DNA from: Vicinamibacteraceae bacterium
Lineage (GTDB): Bacteria > Acidobacteriota > Vicinamibacteria > Vicinamibacterales > Vicinamibacteraceae
Direction: 5' to 3'
Assembly: GCA_039916225.1 (NCBI GenBank)
Contig: JBDSLU010000366.1
Span: 1,115 to 65,114 of the forward strand
DNA length: 64,000 nucleotides
The notes below the pieces were generated by a model. The model did not search any database, had not been told where the DNA came from, and worked only from the letters and a program-made list of their open reading frames with translations. Below are positions 54,090 to 63,832 of this stretch, one piece after another; position 1 is the first letter of the stretch, and the number at the start of each line of letters is the position of its first letter. The translations under genes were made by a program, and so were the position numbers.

Positions 54090-55343
54090 CTACTCGTAGC
54101 GGAGGGCATCGATCGGGTCGAGGGCCGACGCCTTGCGGGCCGGGTAGACGCCGAAGACGAGGCCGATTGCCACCGACACCGAGAAGGCGAGGACGATCGA
54201 CGTCGGGCTGATCAGCGTGGTCCAGCCGGCGAGGCGGCCGATGATCCACGAGAGGACAACACCAGCGACGACGCCGACGACGCCGCCGGCGCACGAGATC
54301 AGCGTCGCTTCGAGCAGGAATTGGCGGACGATCGCGCGACGCGGTGCTCCGACCGCCCGGCGCACGCCGATCTCGCGCGTCCGCTCGAGGACGCTGGCGA
54401 GCATGATGTTCATGATGCCGATGCCGCCGACCAGCAGCGAGATCGACGCGATCGCGACCATGACCAGCTCGAAGATGCGCTGGGTGCGGCGCTGCTCGGC
54501 AAGCAGCTCGGACGGGACCACCAGCGAGAAGTCGTCGGCGCCGTTGTGCGTCTCGCTGATCAGCCGCCGGACGACCCGCGAAGCCGGCACCGTCGCGTCC
54601 GCCGTCGGCATCTGCAGATAGATCCCGTCGATCTCGTCCTGGCGCTGGCCCTGCGCGTCCTCGAGCCGCAGCAGCGCCGTCCGCAACGGAACGTAGATCA
54701 CGTTGTTGCGATCCTCGGCCGGCGCGCCGTCGGTGCCGCTCCTGCCCGAGACTACGCCGCCGCAGACGCCGATGACACGCAGCCACTGCTCGTTGACCTT
54801 GACGTGCTCGCCGAGCGCCGCCCGCCCGCCGAATAGCGCGACCCGCGCGCCTTCGCCGAGCACCGCGACCGGGGCCGCCGCGGCGTCGTCCGCGGCCGAG
54901 AAAAAGCGGCCTTCCGCGATCCCGAGCCCGGCGATGCCCTGGAACGCCGGCTCGACGCCGAACACCGTCGGCGGCTCGGCGAACGGCTTGGGGATCAGTT
55001 TCGACGGGACGACGCGCTTGCGCGGCGTCGACGCCCCGACGCCGTCGACGGTGCTGCGGATCACGCGGACGTCGGCCAATGACAGGCCGGCCGAGACCTG
55101 ACGCGTCCGCTGGAACGCCTGGTCGTCGGCCGCCGGCCGCGATTCGACGATCAGGTTGCGGACGCCCATCGCTTCGATCACCGCCATGACTTGCTGCTGC
55201 GCGCCGGCGCCGATCGACAGCATCGCGACCACCGCGGCGACGCCGAAGATCATGCCGAGCATGGTCAGCAGCGAGCGCAGCTTGTGCGCGACCAGGTTGT
55301 CGACGCCCATGGCCAGCGTCGGCAGCACGTCGCGAGTCATCAT
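54090..55343 (-). CDS. MacB/DevC-type ABC transporter permease (MacB periplasmic core domain plus FtsX domain), no ATPase domain
   Basis: N-terminal TM (KLRSLLTMLGMIFGVAAVV), a ~230-aa periplasmic domain and a C-terminal FtsX 3-TM with VLERTREIGVRRAVGA. The start MM overlaps the upstream stop (ATGATGA). Confidence 0.85.
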   Translation of the reverse strand: MMTRDVLPTLAMGVDNLVAHKLRSLLTMLGMIFGVAAVVAMLSIGAGAQQQVMAVIEAMGVRNLIVESRPAADDQAFQRTRQVSAGLSLADVRVIRSTVDGVGASTPRKRVVPSKLIPKPFAEPPTVFGVEPAFQGIAGLGIAEGRFFSAADDAAAAPVAVLGEGARVALFGGRAALGEHVKVNEQWLRVIGVCGGVVSGRSGTDGAPAEDRNNVIYVPLRTALLRLEDAQGQRQDEIDGIYLQMPTADATVPASRVVRRLISETHNGADDFSLVVPSELLAEQRRTQRIFELVMVAIASISLLVGGIGIMNIMLASVLERTREIGVRRAVGAPRRAIVRQFLLEATLISCAGGVVGVVAGVVLSWIIGRLAGWTTLISPTSIVLAFSVSVAIGLVFGVYPARKASALDPIDALRYE

Positions 55344-56662
55344 CGGCGGACCCCGACGGCCGGCGATCCCGCGCCCGGCAGCGCCGGCCCGCTCGCGGCC
55401 GCGCCGCCGGCACCTCCGCCGCCGCCCCGCGTCGGATCGGCGAGCGCGATCTCGGTGCCTTCGGCGACCCCTTCGACGACCGCTGCGGTCTCGGTGCGCG
55501 CCGTGACCTTGACTGGTGCTGGCGTGAAGCGGCCGCCGTCGCGGACGAAGACGACTGTCGCGCCGTCGCGCAGGAAGACGGCCCCGCGCGGCACGTGCAG
55601 CACGCCGGCTCGCGGCGCCGCGGCGATCGTCAACAGGCCGGTCAGCCCGGGTCGCAGATCCACGGCCGGAGCCGTCAACGACAGCGTCGCCTCGAAGGTC
55701 CGCGTCGGCGTCGTGTTGCGGTTGAAGCGCTGTGGCGTGAAGCCGCCGACGTTGGCCACCTTGGCCTCGAGCGAGCGCCCGTCGAGCGCGTCGAGGACGA
55801 GCGTCGCCGGCCGGCCCGCCGTCAGCTGCGTGCGCTGGCTCTCGTCGATGGCGGCGCCGATCTCGAGCTGTGACAGGTCCAGCACCTCCGCGATCGGCGA
55901 GCCGCTCTGCACCTGGTCGCCGGTCCGGAATTCGCTGAAGGTCATGCCCGGGAAGAAGTAGCCGACGTTCTGATTGTCCTTGACTGACACGACGCCGTCG
56001 AACGACGCGCGCAGCGTCATCTGGCCGAGGATCCGGGTCGCGGTGTCGATGGCGAAGCGGGCCTTCGTCTCCTTCTCGCGGGCAACGGCCATCGCCGCCT
56101 CGTCCGACTGCGTCCGCGACGCGCGATCGCGGCCCAGCTGCGCCAGCCGCTGCTGCGCCTCCTCGAGCGTCAACTGCGCCTTGCGTGCCTCGAGCTGCGG
56201 CCGCACTTCGCTGGCCTGCACGTCGAGCTCCGCCTTGCTCAGGTCGAAGCGCGCCGTCAGCAGGTCGAGGTCGTCTTGCGCCTGCCGGGCCGCGGTGTTG
56301 GCCTGCGTTTTGGCGATCTCGAGCTCGGCCTCGCGCAGCGTCGAGCGCTGCTCGTCGACGATGCGCTCCTGGTCCGACGGATCGAACGAGACGACGAGGT
56401 CGCCCTTCTTGACGCGCGCGCCGGTCGACACGAGTGTGAGGATACGGAGTGGCACGCCAGTCGGCGGCACCATCAGCAGTTCGGCCTTGGCGGCCTTGAT
56501 CTCGCCGGTGGCGACGACGTCGGCCTTCACCGTCCCGCGTACCACGCGCCCCGTCGGCACGGCGGCGTTGCCCGCGGAGAGCACGCCCCTTGCCGTCGGA
56601 GCCCCGAACGCCGCGGCCCCGATCGCCGCCAGCCCGCCGATCCCGACCAGCCAGCGCATCAT
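55340..56662 (-). CDS. HlyD/MFP-family periplasmic adaptor, paralog 1
   Basis: N-terminal TM, lipoyl/barrel-sandwich segments, a long Ala/Glu/Arg/Gln coiled-coil hairpin and a Gly-rich tail. 440 aa. Confidence 0.85.
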   Translation of the reverse strand: MMRWLVGIGGLAAIGAAAFGAPTARGVLSAGNAAVPTGRVVRGTVKADVVATGEIKAAKAELLMVPPTGVPLRILTLVSTGARVKKGDLVVSFDPSDQERIVDEQRSTLREAELEIAKTQANTAARQAQDDLDLLTARFDLSKAELDVQASEVRPQLEARKAQLTLEEAQQRLAQLGRDRASRTQSDEAAMAVAREKETKARFAIDTATRILGQMTLRASFDGVVSVKDNQNVGYFFPGMTFSEFRTGDQVQSGSPIAEVLDLSQLEIGAAIDESQRTQLTAGRPATLVLDALDGRSLEAKVANVGGFTPQRFNRNTTPTRTFEATLSLTAPAVDLRPGLTGLLTIAAAPRAGVLHVPRGAVFLRDGATVVFVRDGGRFTPAPVKVTARTETAAVVEGVAEGTEIALADPTRGGGGGAGGAAASGPALPGAGSPAVGVRR

Positions 56663-57948
56663 CGCTCGTCCTCCATCGGCGGCTGCTCGAGCGCGACCCG
56701 ATCGCCCGGCTGCAGCCCCTCGGCAATCGCCGATCGATCCGGCCCGCGCCGCGCCACGCGGACGGCGCGCCGCTCGAAGCCGCGGCCGGTCCGCACGTAG
56801 ACGTCGGCCGGCGTGCCGGTCGCGCCGGGCCCGCTGCCAGCGGTCTTGGCCGACGGCGGGAACAGGGCGCGGGTCGGCACCAGCAGCGCGTTGGCGAGCC
56901 GCTCCAGCTTGATCTTGATCGCGGCGGTCATGCTGGGGCGCAGCCCGGGCTCGGGCGCGCCCAGATCGATCTGCACGTCGAAGAGCCGGGCCGGCGGCCA
57001 GGTAGTGAAGTCGGCCTTGGCCAGGGCGCTGAAGCCGGTCACGCGTCCCGCGATCGATCGGGTGCCGAGGGCCTGCACTTCCACGTCGGTGTCGAGCCCG
57101 GTATCGAGCCGGCCGCGATCCGATTCGTCGACCTTGCCGAGCACGTAGAGCGATCCGAGCTCGGGGACCTGCGCGATCCAGGCGCCAGCCCAGGCCCGAT
57201 CGCCCGGCCGCCATTCGCGCTGCTGGAACGGGCCGCCGGCCCGGAAGTTCATGCCGAGCGCGATGACGCCGGCCACCGGCGTCCGCACCGTCAGCGCCAC
57301 CAGCCGCGTCTCTTCGAGGCGCACGTCGGCGAGCGCCTTGTCACGGCGCCGCTCGAGCGCGCCCATCGATGCCCGCGACGTCGCCTCGTCGGCGTCGATC
57401 TTGGTCGTCGCCTCGCGGGCCCGCTGTTCGGCCGCGCCCAGCGACAGCGTCGCCTTCTCGGCGTCGAGGCGCGAGACCACTTCGCTCGTCGAGACATCGA
57501 GCTTGGCCCGCTCGACGTCGTAGCGCTTCTTGCTGTGATCGGTGCGGGCGGCCTCGGCGCTGATCCGCGCCTCGGCCTGGGCCCGCGCGATCTCGGCCTC
57601 GGCTTCACGCAGGGCGGAGCGCCGTTCGGCCAGCTGCTGCGCCGCCGTCGTCGGGTCGAAGCGGACGATCACGTCGCCGGCGGCGACGGTAGCCCCGCTC
57701 TTCGCGATGTCGACGATCTGCAACTCGCCGGCGCCCCGTGGCGCGTTGATCGGCACCGTGCGGCGGGCCCGCACTTCGCCGCGTAGCGGCAGCACGTCGA
57801 CGAACTCGCCGCGGACGACGTTGGCGGTCTCGATCGTGTCCGCGGCGGCAGCCGGCCGCAGCGCATACCAGGCGCCTCCGCCGACGACCAGCATCGCGAC
57901 GATGCCCCAGACACGCCAGCGCGAGCGCGGCGGGCTACCGAGCGGCAC
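56659..57948 (-). CDS. HlyD/MFP-family periplasmic adaptor, paralog 2
   Basis: Same architecture as paralog 1. GTG start. Its stop overlaps the paralog 1 start with the same ATGATGA junction. Confidence 0.8.
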   Translation of the reverse strand: MPLGSPPRSRWRVWGIVAMLVVGGGAWYALRPAAAADTIETANVVRGEFVDVLPLRGEVRARRTVPINAPRGAGELQIVDIAKSGATVAAGDVIVRFDPTTAAQQLAERRSALREAEAEIARAQAEARISAEAARTDHSKKRYDVERAKLDVSTSEVVSRLDAEKATLSLGAAEQRAREATTKIDADEATSRASMGALERRRDKALADVRLEETRLVALTVRTPVAGVIALGMNFRAGGPFQQREWRPGDRAWAGAWIAQVPELGSLYVLGKVDESDRGRLDTGLDTDVEVQALGTRSIAGRVTGFSALAKADFTTWPPARLFDVQIDLGAPEPGLRPSMTAAIKIKLERLANALLVPTRALFPPSAKTAGSGPGATGTPADVYVRTGRGFERRAVRVARRGPDRSAIAEGLQPGDRVALEQPPMEDER

Positions 57949-58954
57949 GAGCGCCCTCCGGGAACACGAGATCGACGGCCGCCGAGAGGTCGGGCGCCAG
58001 TTCGGCGGCCGCGGCGTCGATCGCGAACAAGGCCGCGAACGTCCGGACCTTCTGCGAATAGAAGCCGGACGTGGCGATGGGCGAGACCTGCGCCAGCCGC
58101 GCCGGATAGCTCTTCGCCGGGTAGGCGTCGAGGGTGACGCGGGCCGGCATCCCGACCTGCAGGCGATGCAGATCGACCTGATTCACCTTGACCCTCACCC
58201 GCATCGGGCCAGGGCCGACGATGTCGAGCAGTCCGAAGCCGGGCCACACTTCATCGCCTTCCTCGACGTCGGCCATCGTGCCGTTCTTCCACGTCGGGCG
58301 CGGGACGACCAAGCCGTCGATCGGCGTGCGGACCAGGAGGGCATCGGCGGTCGTCTGGGCGCGATCGCGGACTCGCGCCGCGCGGTCGCGCTTGACGCGC
58401 AGGATCTCGAGCTCGGCGTCGGCGGCCTTGCGCTTCAAGGCGACCGACGTGCGCAGGCTCGGCAGCTTCGCTTCGGCGGCCTGCAGCGCCAGCGTGTTCT
58501 TCTCGGCGTCGATGCGCGGCAGCACGTCGTTCTTGGTCGTCTCGAGGCGGGCCAGGGCCAAATCGTTCTCGGCGATCTTGACCGAGGTGTCGTCGGTCGC
58601 GGCCTGGAGGCGCATCTCCGCTTCCTTCTTGCGGATGTCCTCTTCGAGCTGCTTCCACTCGGCCTGCTTGTCGATGGCCTCGCGGAGCGGCTGCTGGCGA
58701 TCGAACTCGACGACGGTGTCGCCCTTGTGGACGGTGGTGCCCTTGGCAGCGAGCCGGACGATGGTGAGCCGGCCCTGCGCGCCGCTCGGCGCGATCAGGT
58801 TGAAGAACTGGACGGCCTCGACCAGTCCGTGCAGGCGCAGCGAGGCCGGCGGCGGCGCCTGGCCGGCGGCGAGTGCGCCGAGCGCCAGCACTGCGACCGG
58901 CAGCAGCAGGACACGGCGAAGGAGGCGACGTGACAACGCGCGCGAGCCGGACAT
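57935..58954 (-). CDS. HlyD/MFP-family periplasmic adaptor, paralog 3
   Basis: ATG at 58954 (MSGSRALSRRLL..), a TM segment and a coiled-coil hairpin. It overlaps the paralog 2 start by 14 nt. Confidence 0.8.
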   Translation of the reverse strand: MSGSRALSRRLLRRVLLLPVAVLALGALAAGQAPPPASLRLHGLVEAVQFFNLIAPSGAQGRLTIVRLAAKGTTVHKGDTVVEFDRQQPLREAIDKQAEWKQLEEDIRKKEAEMRLQAATDDTSVKIAENDLALARLETTKNDVLPRIDAEKNTLALQAAEAKLPSLRTSVALKRKAADAELEILRVKRDRAARVRDRAQTTADALLVRTPIDGLVVPRPTWKNGTMADVEEGDEVWPGFGLLDIVGPGPMRVRVKVNQVDLHRLQVGMPARVTLDAYPAKSYPARLAQVSPIATSGFYSQKVRTFAALFAIDAAAAELAPDLSAAVDLVFPEGARAAR

Positions 58955-59060
58955 GGCGGCCGCTCCTCGAACATCAGGGGGAGGGCTATCATAGCGCCCC
59001 GCCCCGACGGCGGGAAACGCCGGCCGCGCGGCGCGAGTATGTCCTGGGGGAGCGATCAAC

Positions 59061-60395
59061 ATGCGCATGACACGTGAACGAGGACGTCTGGTGGCCGTCG
59101 CGGTGCTGGCCACGGGATTGGGTCTGGCCGGCGCCGCCGGTCTGGCCGCCCAGCAGCGGGCCGCCTCCGGCGCCTCGGCGAACGGCACCTGGCCGCAGTT
59201 CCGCGGTCCCAACCGCGATGGCCGGTCGGCCGATACCAACCTGCTGAAGCAGTGGGACGCCGACGGCCCGTCTTTGGTCTGGAAGACGTCCGGCCTCGGC
59301 ACCGGCTATTCGAGCCTGTCGATCAGCGGCGATCGGCTGTTCACGATGGGCGATCTCGAAGGCAGCCAGTACGTCATCGCGCTGTCGGCGACCGACGGCT
59401 CGCAGTTGTGGAAGGCCAAAGTCGGCCCAATCTGGCAGGACCGCTATCCCGGGCCGCGAGCCACGCCGACCGTCGACGGCCAGCTGATCTACAGCCTCGG
59501 CACCGAAGGCGATCTCGTGTGCCTCGAAGCGGCGACCGGCAAGGAGCGCTGGCGGAAGAACCTGGCCCGCGACTTCGGCGGCCAGGTGATGTCGGACTGG
59601 AAGTTCACCGAATCGCCGCTCATCGACGGCGACCGGGTGGTGGTGACGCCCGGCGCGGCGGACGCCTCGCTGGTGGCGCTGAACAAGTTGACCGGCGCAA
59701 CGATCTGGAAGGCCAAGGTGCCGGCGCTCGGCCAGAACGGCCGCGACGGCGCCGGCTATTCGTCGGTCGTCATCTCGAACGGCGCCGGCGTCAAGCAATA
59801 CGTCCAGCTCCTCGGGCGCGGTGTCGTCGGCATCCGCGCCGCCGACGGCGAGTATCTCTGGGGCTACAACCGCGTCGCCAACGGCGTCGCCAACATCCCG
59901 ACGCCGATCGTGCAGGGCGATTTCGTTTTCGCCGCGTCCGGCTACCAGACCGGCAGCGCGCTGCTCAAGCTGGCGCCGGCGGCCGGCGGCAAGGTGACCG
60001 CGACCGAGGTCTATTTCCTCGACGGCAAGACGTTCCAGAACCATCACGGCGGCTTCGTGCTGGTCGACGGCTACATCTACGGCGGTCATGGTCATCGCGC
60101 CGGGCTCCCGGTCTGCGTCGAGTTCGCCACCGGCACCTTGAAGTGGGGCGGCGACATCCGCAACGACGGCCGTGGATCGGCGGCCATCGCCTACGCCGAC
60201 GGCCACGTCTACTACCGCTACGAGAACGGCCTGGTCATCCTCGTCGAAGCGACGCCGACGGGTTACAAGGAGAAGGGCAAGCTGCAGCTCGAGACGAGCG
60301 ACCTTCTGAGCTGGGCCTACCCGGTGATCGTCGGCGGCAGGATGTACCTCCGCGACAAGGACCATCTCTACGTCTACGACTTGCGCAAGGCGTGA
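59061..60395 (+). CDS. PQQ-like beta-propeller repeat protein, secreted
   Basis: Signal peptide, then TWPQFRGPNRDG and propeller blades. 444 aa. Confidence 0.8.
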   Translation: MRMTRERGRLVAVAVLATGLGLAGAAGLAAQQRAASGASANGTWPQFRGPNRDGRSADTNLLKQWDADGPSLVWKTSGLGTGYSSLSISGDRLFTMGDLEGSQYVIALSATDGSQLWKAKVGPIWQDRYPGPRATPTVDGQLIYSLGTEGDLVCLEAATGKERWRKNLARDFGGQVMSDWKFTESPLIDGDRVVVTPGAADASLVALNKLTGATIWKAKVPALGQNGRDGAGYSSVVISNGAGVKQYVQLLGRGVVGIRAADGEYLWGYNRVANGVANIPTPIVQGDFVFAASGYQTGSALLKLAPAAGGKVTATEVYFLDGKTFQNHHGGFVLVDGYIYGGHGHRAGLPVCVEFATGTLKWGGDIRNDGRGSAAIAYADGHVYYRYENGLVILVEATPTGYKEKGKLQLETSDLLSWAYPVIVGGRMYLRDKDHLYVYDLRKA

Positions 60396-61150
60396 TGCGG
60401 ACGGCGGCGGCGCGGCGCGTCGAAGGCGCGGCGATCGTGCCGTGGCGCGCCCGCTTCCTCGCCGAGCTCGACGCGCAGTTCCGCTACGACGCCAACCACC
60501 GGCGCGGGTGGGCTGACGCCTACGCCGTCAGCCTCGACGGCGTCGACGTCGGCTACGGTGCGATCAGGGGCTGCGACGACATCGAGGCGCGGGATTCGCT
60601 CTTCGAGCTGTACGTCGATCCCCCGGCGCGGCCCCACGCCGTCCGGCTCGCCCGCGCGGTGCTCGCGGCGGCGGGCGCCGACCGTCTCCAGTGCCAGACC
60701 AACGACGCCGGTCTCTATGGCGTCTTTCGGCAGCTCGCGGTCGAGGTGCAGGTCGAGTCGGTCCTCTTCGCCGACCACGAGCGGCCGTCACTCGACGTGC
60801 CCGGCGCGATCGCCCGTCCCCGTCGCGACGCTGACGGCGCGACCTTCACGCACACCGCCGAGCCCATCGGCGACATGGTGGTGGAGTTCGGCGGGGAGGT
60901 CGTGGCGACCGGCGGCGCCCTCACGCACTACAACCCGCCCTATGCCGACCTCTACATGGAGGTCCGGCCGGACGCCCGGCGGCGCGGCTTCGGGGCCTTG
61001 GTGCTGCAGGCCGTCAAGGACGCCTGCTATGCCAAGGGCCTGGTGCCGGCCGCCCGCACCGGCGTGACCAACCTGGCCTCCCAGGCGACGCTGCGGCGGG
61101 CCGGCATGCGCGAGTGCGGCTTCGTCCTGGCCGGCCGTCACCGGACCTGA
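60395..61150 (+). CDS. GNAT family N-acetyltransferase
   Basis: The ATG overlaps the upstream stop (TGATG). Acetyl-CoA motif RRRGFGALVLQAV, and a C-terminal N..S...L.R.GM motif. Confidence 0.7.
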   Translation: MRTAAARRVEGAAIVPWRARFLAELDAQFRYDANHRRGWADAYAVSLDGVDVGYGAIRGCDDIEARDSLFELYVDPPARPHAVRLARAVLAAAGADRLQCQTNDAGLYGVFRQLAVEVQVESVLFADHERPSLDVPGAIARPRRDADGATFTHTAEPIGDMVVEFGGEVVATGGALTHYNPPYADLYMEVRPDARRRGFGALVLQAVKDACYAKGLVPAARTGVTNLASQATLRRAGMRECGFVLAGRHRT

Positions 61151-61165
61151 AGTACAGTCCCGCGC

Positions 61166-62584
61166 ATGTGGGCCGACGAGGCGCGGTGGTTCCTGCTGCC
61201 ATGGGCGCTCCTCGCCGCGCTCGTCGCCGGCGGGCTGCTGCTCCTGCAGCCGGATCGCCGGCGCATCGATCTCTTCAGCCCGACGGCGTTCGCCGCCTGG
61301 TCGCACGTGCTGCCGGCGTACGTCGGCGGTGCCATCGTGCTGGCGCTGGGGTTCCGGCCGCCGGTCTTGCGGCTGCTGAACATCCCCGACGATGCCTTCG
61401 TCGACACCATCGCCTACGCCCTCCTCGGATTCGTCTCTCTGGGCGTCGGCTTCGCCGCGCCGTTCGCGGGCGCCGTCGGCCGCGCCCTTGGCGCCCGGCT
61501 GCCGTCGCGTGACTGGCAGCCCGAGGCCGCGCTGGTGCCAGCGCTGCTGCTGCTCGGCGTCGGCACGATCGCCGCGCTGCAGGCGCTCGACACCGGCTTG
61601 ATGGGGTATCAGGTCGCCGCCGACGTCGGTCCGTTCGACGCCGCGCTGGTCATCAGCTCGCTGGTCGCGACCAGCCTCGCCTTCGCCATCCTCGGCGTCA
61701 TCGCCTGCTCGCCGGCCCATCCCGCCGTTCGCGCCGTTGCCGCCAGCGCGCTGGTGGCGCGCGCCGGCGCCGACATGCTCTTCACCGGCCGCCGCGGGGC
61801 GCTGCTCCAATACGCGTTGATCGTCGCGGCGGCCTACGCCTGCAGCGGCCGGCGGATCCGACTGCGGCATGTGGCCAGCCTCAGCCTGGCGTTCGCGGCG
61901 ACGGTCATTACCGGCCTCGCCTATGGATCCACGTTCCGTGCGCTGAAGGGCGGCGAGTCGGTGGTCGGCCTGGCCGCCACGGCCGGGACGGTCGATCTGG
62001 CGGCGCGCCAGACGCTGTCGCGCGGCGTCGGCGGCACCGCCGGCTATGTCCGCGATCGCTTCGTCGAGCGTCTCGAGATCATCAGCAACGCCGCCGTCGT
62101 CGTCGCCAACTACCGGCGACTGGAGCCGTTCGAGCGCGCCTACGGCCTGGACGACAACATCACGACGTCGTTCGTCGGCGCGTTCGTGCCGCGGCTGCTG
62201 TGGCCGGACAAGCCGCCGGCCTCCGATCCGCGGGCGTTCGCCGACCTGTATTACGGGTTTCGCAACGCCTTCGCGGTGACGCCCACCGCCGATCTGTTGC
62301 GCAACTACGGCCCGTTCGGTGTCCCGATCGGCATGGCCGCACTCGGGCTGCTGCTCCGCGTGATCTACGCGACGCTCATCGAAGGGCAGCGCCTGGTGAT
62401 GTGGCGCGTGGCGGCCTACATCACCGTGCTGACGACGGTGTCCTACGAAGGGTTCTTCGGGTCGATTGTGCCGATGCTGGTGCGCACGATCGGGTTGTCG
62501 GCGCTCTGCCTGATCGGCGTCGCCATGCTCACGCGGCTGATGCCGGGGGGGCGTGCGCGCGCAGGTACGCCGCCGACAGGATGA
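61166..62584 (+). CDS. polytopic membrane protein, O-antigen/oligosaccharide-repeat polymerase (Wzy)-like
   Basis: About 10-12 hydrophobic segments with one larger loop. It neighbours a chain-length determinant and a glycosyltransferase. No strict motif recognised. Confidence 0.55.
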   Translation: MWADEARWFLLPWALLAALVAGGLLLLQPDRRRIDLFSPTAFAAWSHVLPAYVGGAIVLALGFRPPVLRLLNIPDDAFVDTIAYALLGFVSLGVGFAAPFAGAVGRALGARLPSRDWQPEAALVPALLLLGVGTIAALQALDTGLMGYQVAADVGPFDAALVISSLVATSLAFAILGVIACSPAHPAVRAVAASALVARAGADMLFTGRRGALLQYALIVAAAYACSGRRIRLRHVASLSLAFAATVITGLAYGSTFRALKGGESVVGLAATAGTVDLAARQTLSRGVGGTAGYVRDRFVERLEIISNAAVVVANYRRLEPFERAYGLDDNITTSFVGAFVPRLLWPDKPPASDPRAFADLYYGFRNAFAVTPTADLLRNYGPFGVPIGMAALGLLLRVIYATLIEGQRLVMWRVAAYITVLTTVSYEGFFGSIVPMLVRTIGLSALCLIGVAMLTRLMPGGRARAGTPPTG

Positions 62585-63752
62585 TCGCCACGCCCAGGCC
62601 CAGCGTGAGGGCGAAGGCGAGCACCGCATTCAGCAGGGTGCGGCGCGATAGCGGCTGATCGGGCGGCCACGCCTTGCTCACGACCTGCAGCTCGGCGCTC
62701 TTGGCCGGCACTTCCAGCGCCGCGCCGTTGTAGCGATCGGCGGCGTTCTTGTATGCGGTGCGCGCGACGTCGGCCTCGACCTCGAGCTCCGTCAGCGCCC
62801 GCTCGAGGGCGTAGTAGTCGCCCAGCGTCACCGGCTCGCCGACCCCGACATTGGTCGATGCCGAGAGTCCGGCCAGGTGGGCGGTGAGCGCGGCCACCGT
62901 CGCCTGGCCTCGCGCGACGTCGCCCTGCAGTGCCTGATAGGTGGCGTTGATCTGTTCTTCCTTCAGGGCCAGGCCGAGCGGCCGATCGGTGCCGGCGCGG
63001 GCGCTCTCGAGCAGCGCCGCGTCGCGATCGATCGAGCGGGTGACGGTCTCGACGCGCGAGGTCGAGGCCAGCGCCCGCGTCGACGCCTCGAGCCGCGCCC
63101 GCTCGGCATCCAGCTGCAGGCGGATCGCCGCGGCGCGCTTGCGTTCATCGAGGCTGCCTTCGACGTTGCGGCGCACGAGAGCGATGCGCGACCGCCGGCG
63201 CAGCTCTTCGACGCCCCGCAGCGCCACGTCGAGCGCCTGACGGGCGGCGTCGACGTGGGCACGCAGCTCGTCGCGGGCTCGCGCCAGCTCGGCGCGTGTT
63301 GCCTCGCGGGCGGCGCGGATGGCCAGGTCGGCGACCAGGTTGGCGGCGTCCGCGGCCTGGGACGGCGACGCCAGCCGGACGCGCACCTCGAGCAGCGGCG
63401 CCCCGCCGATGGCGCCGGCGCGCAGCGCGTCGCGCAGGAACTCGCCGGTCGTGGTCGGCTCGGCGCCCTGGTCGAGCCGCAGCGTCTTCACGACCTCGGC
63501 CGCAACGCCGGCGTTGACGATCGCCGGCACGTAGGCCGCCGCCGGGACACCTTGGGCCGCGGTCGCGCCGCTCTTCGATGGCGTGACCTGCAGGACGGTG
63601 ACGGCCTCGTACTGCGCCGGCGTCAGGCGGGAATAGGTGGCGGCGGCCGCTGCGGAAAGCAGCGCCCCAAGCACGAGGAGCGCCATCGGGCGCCGGTAAC
63701 GGGCGTCCACTAACCACGCGGCCGTGGACCCGGCGTCGGACACGCGGCGCAT
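62529..63752 (-). CDS. polysaccharide co-polymerase (Wzz/GumC-like chain-length determinant), no kinase domain
   Basis: N- and C-terminal TM segments bracket a long Ala/Arg/Glu/Leu coiled-coil periplasmic region. ATG at 63752 chosen. Confidence 0.6.
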   Translation of the reverse strand: MRRVSDAGSTAAWLVDARYRRPMALLVLGALLSAAAAATYSRLTPAQYEAVTVLQVTPSKSGATAAQGVPAAAYVPAIVNAGVAAEVVKTLRLDQGAEPTTTGEFLRDALRAGAIGGAPLLEVRVRLASPSQAADAANLVADLAIRAAREATRAELARARDELRAHVDAARQALDVALRGVEELRRRSRIALVRRNVEGSLDERKRAAAIRLQLDAERARLEASTRALASTSRVETVTRSIDRDAALLESARAGTDRPLGLALKEEQINATYQALQGDVARGQATVAALTAHLAGLSASTNVGVGEPVTLGDYYALERALTELEVEADVARTAYKNAADRYNGAALEVPAKSAELQVVSKAWPPDQPLSRRTLLNAVLAFALTLGLGVAIILSAAYLRAHAPPASAA

Positions 63753-63832
63753 CTTAGCAGACGGCCCGTCTCCAGACGGACGGCTATACTTCGCCGCATC
63801 GTTCCGTGCGGCTGTGCCCACGCGACTTGCCG

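Noticed and set aside
53899-55413. ORFs translating the 12-mer arrays as PGSEPGSEP or LRARLRAR low-complexity proteins.
   Set aside because: These are translated repeat DNA overlapping the RAYT flank and the permease gene in other frames.
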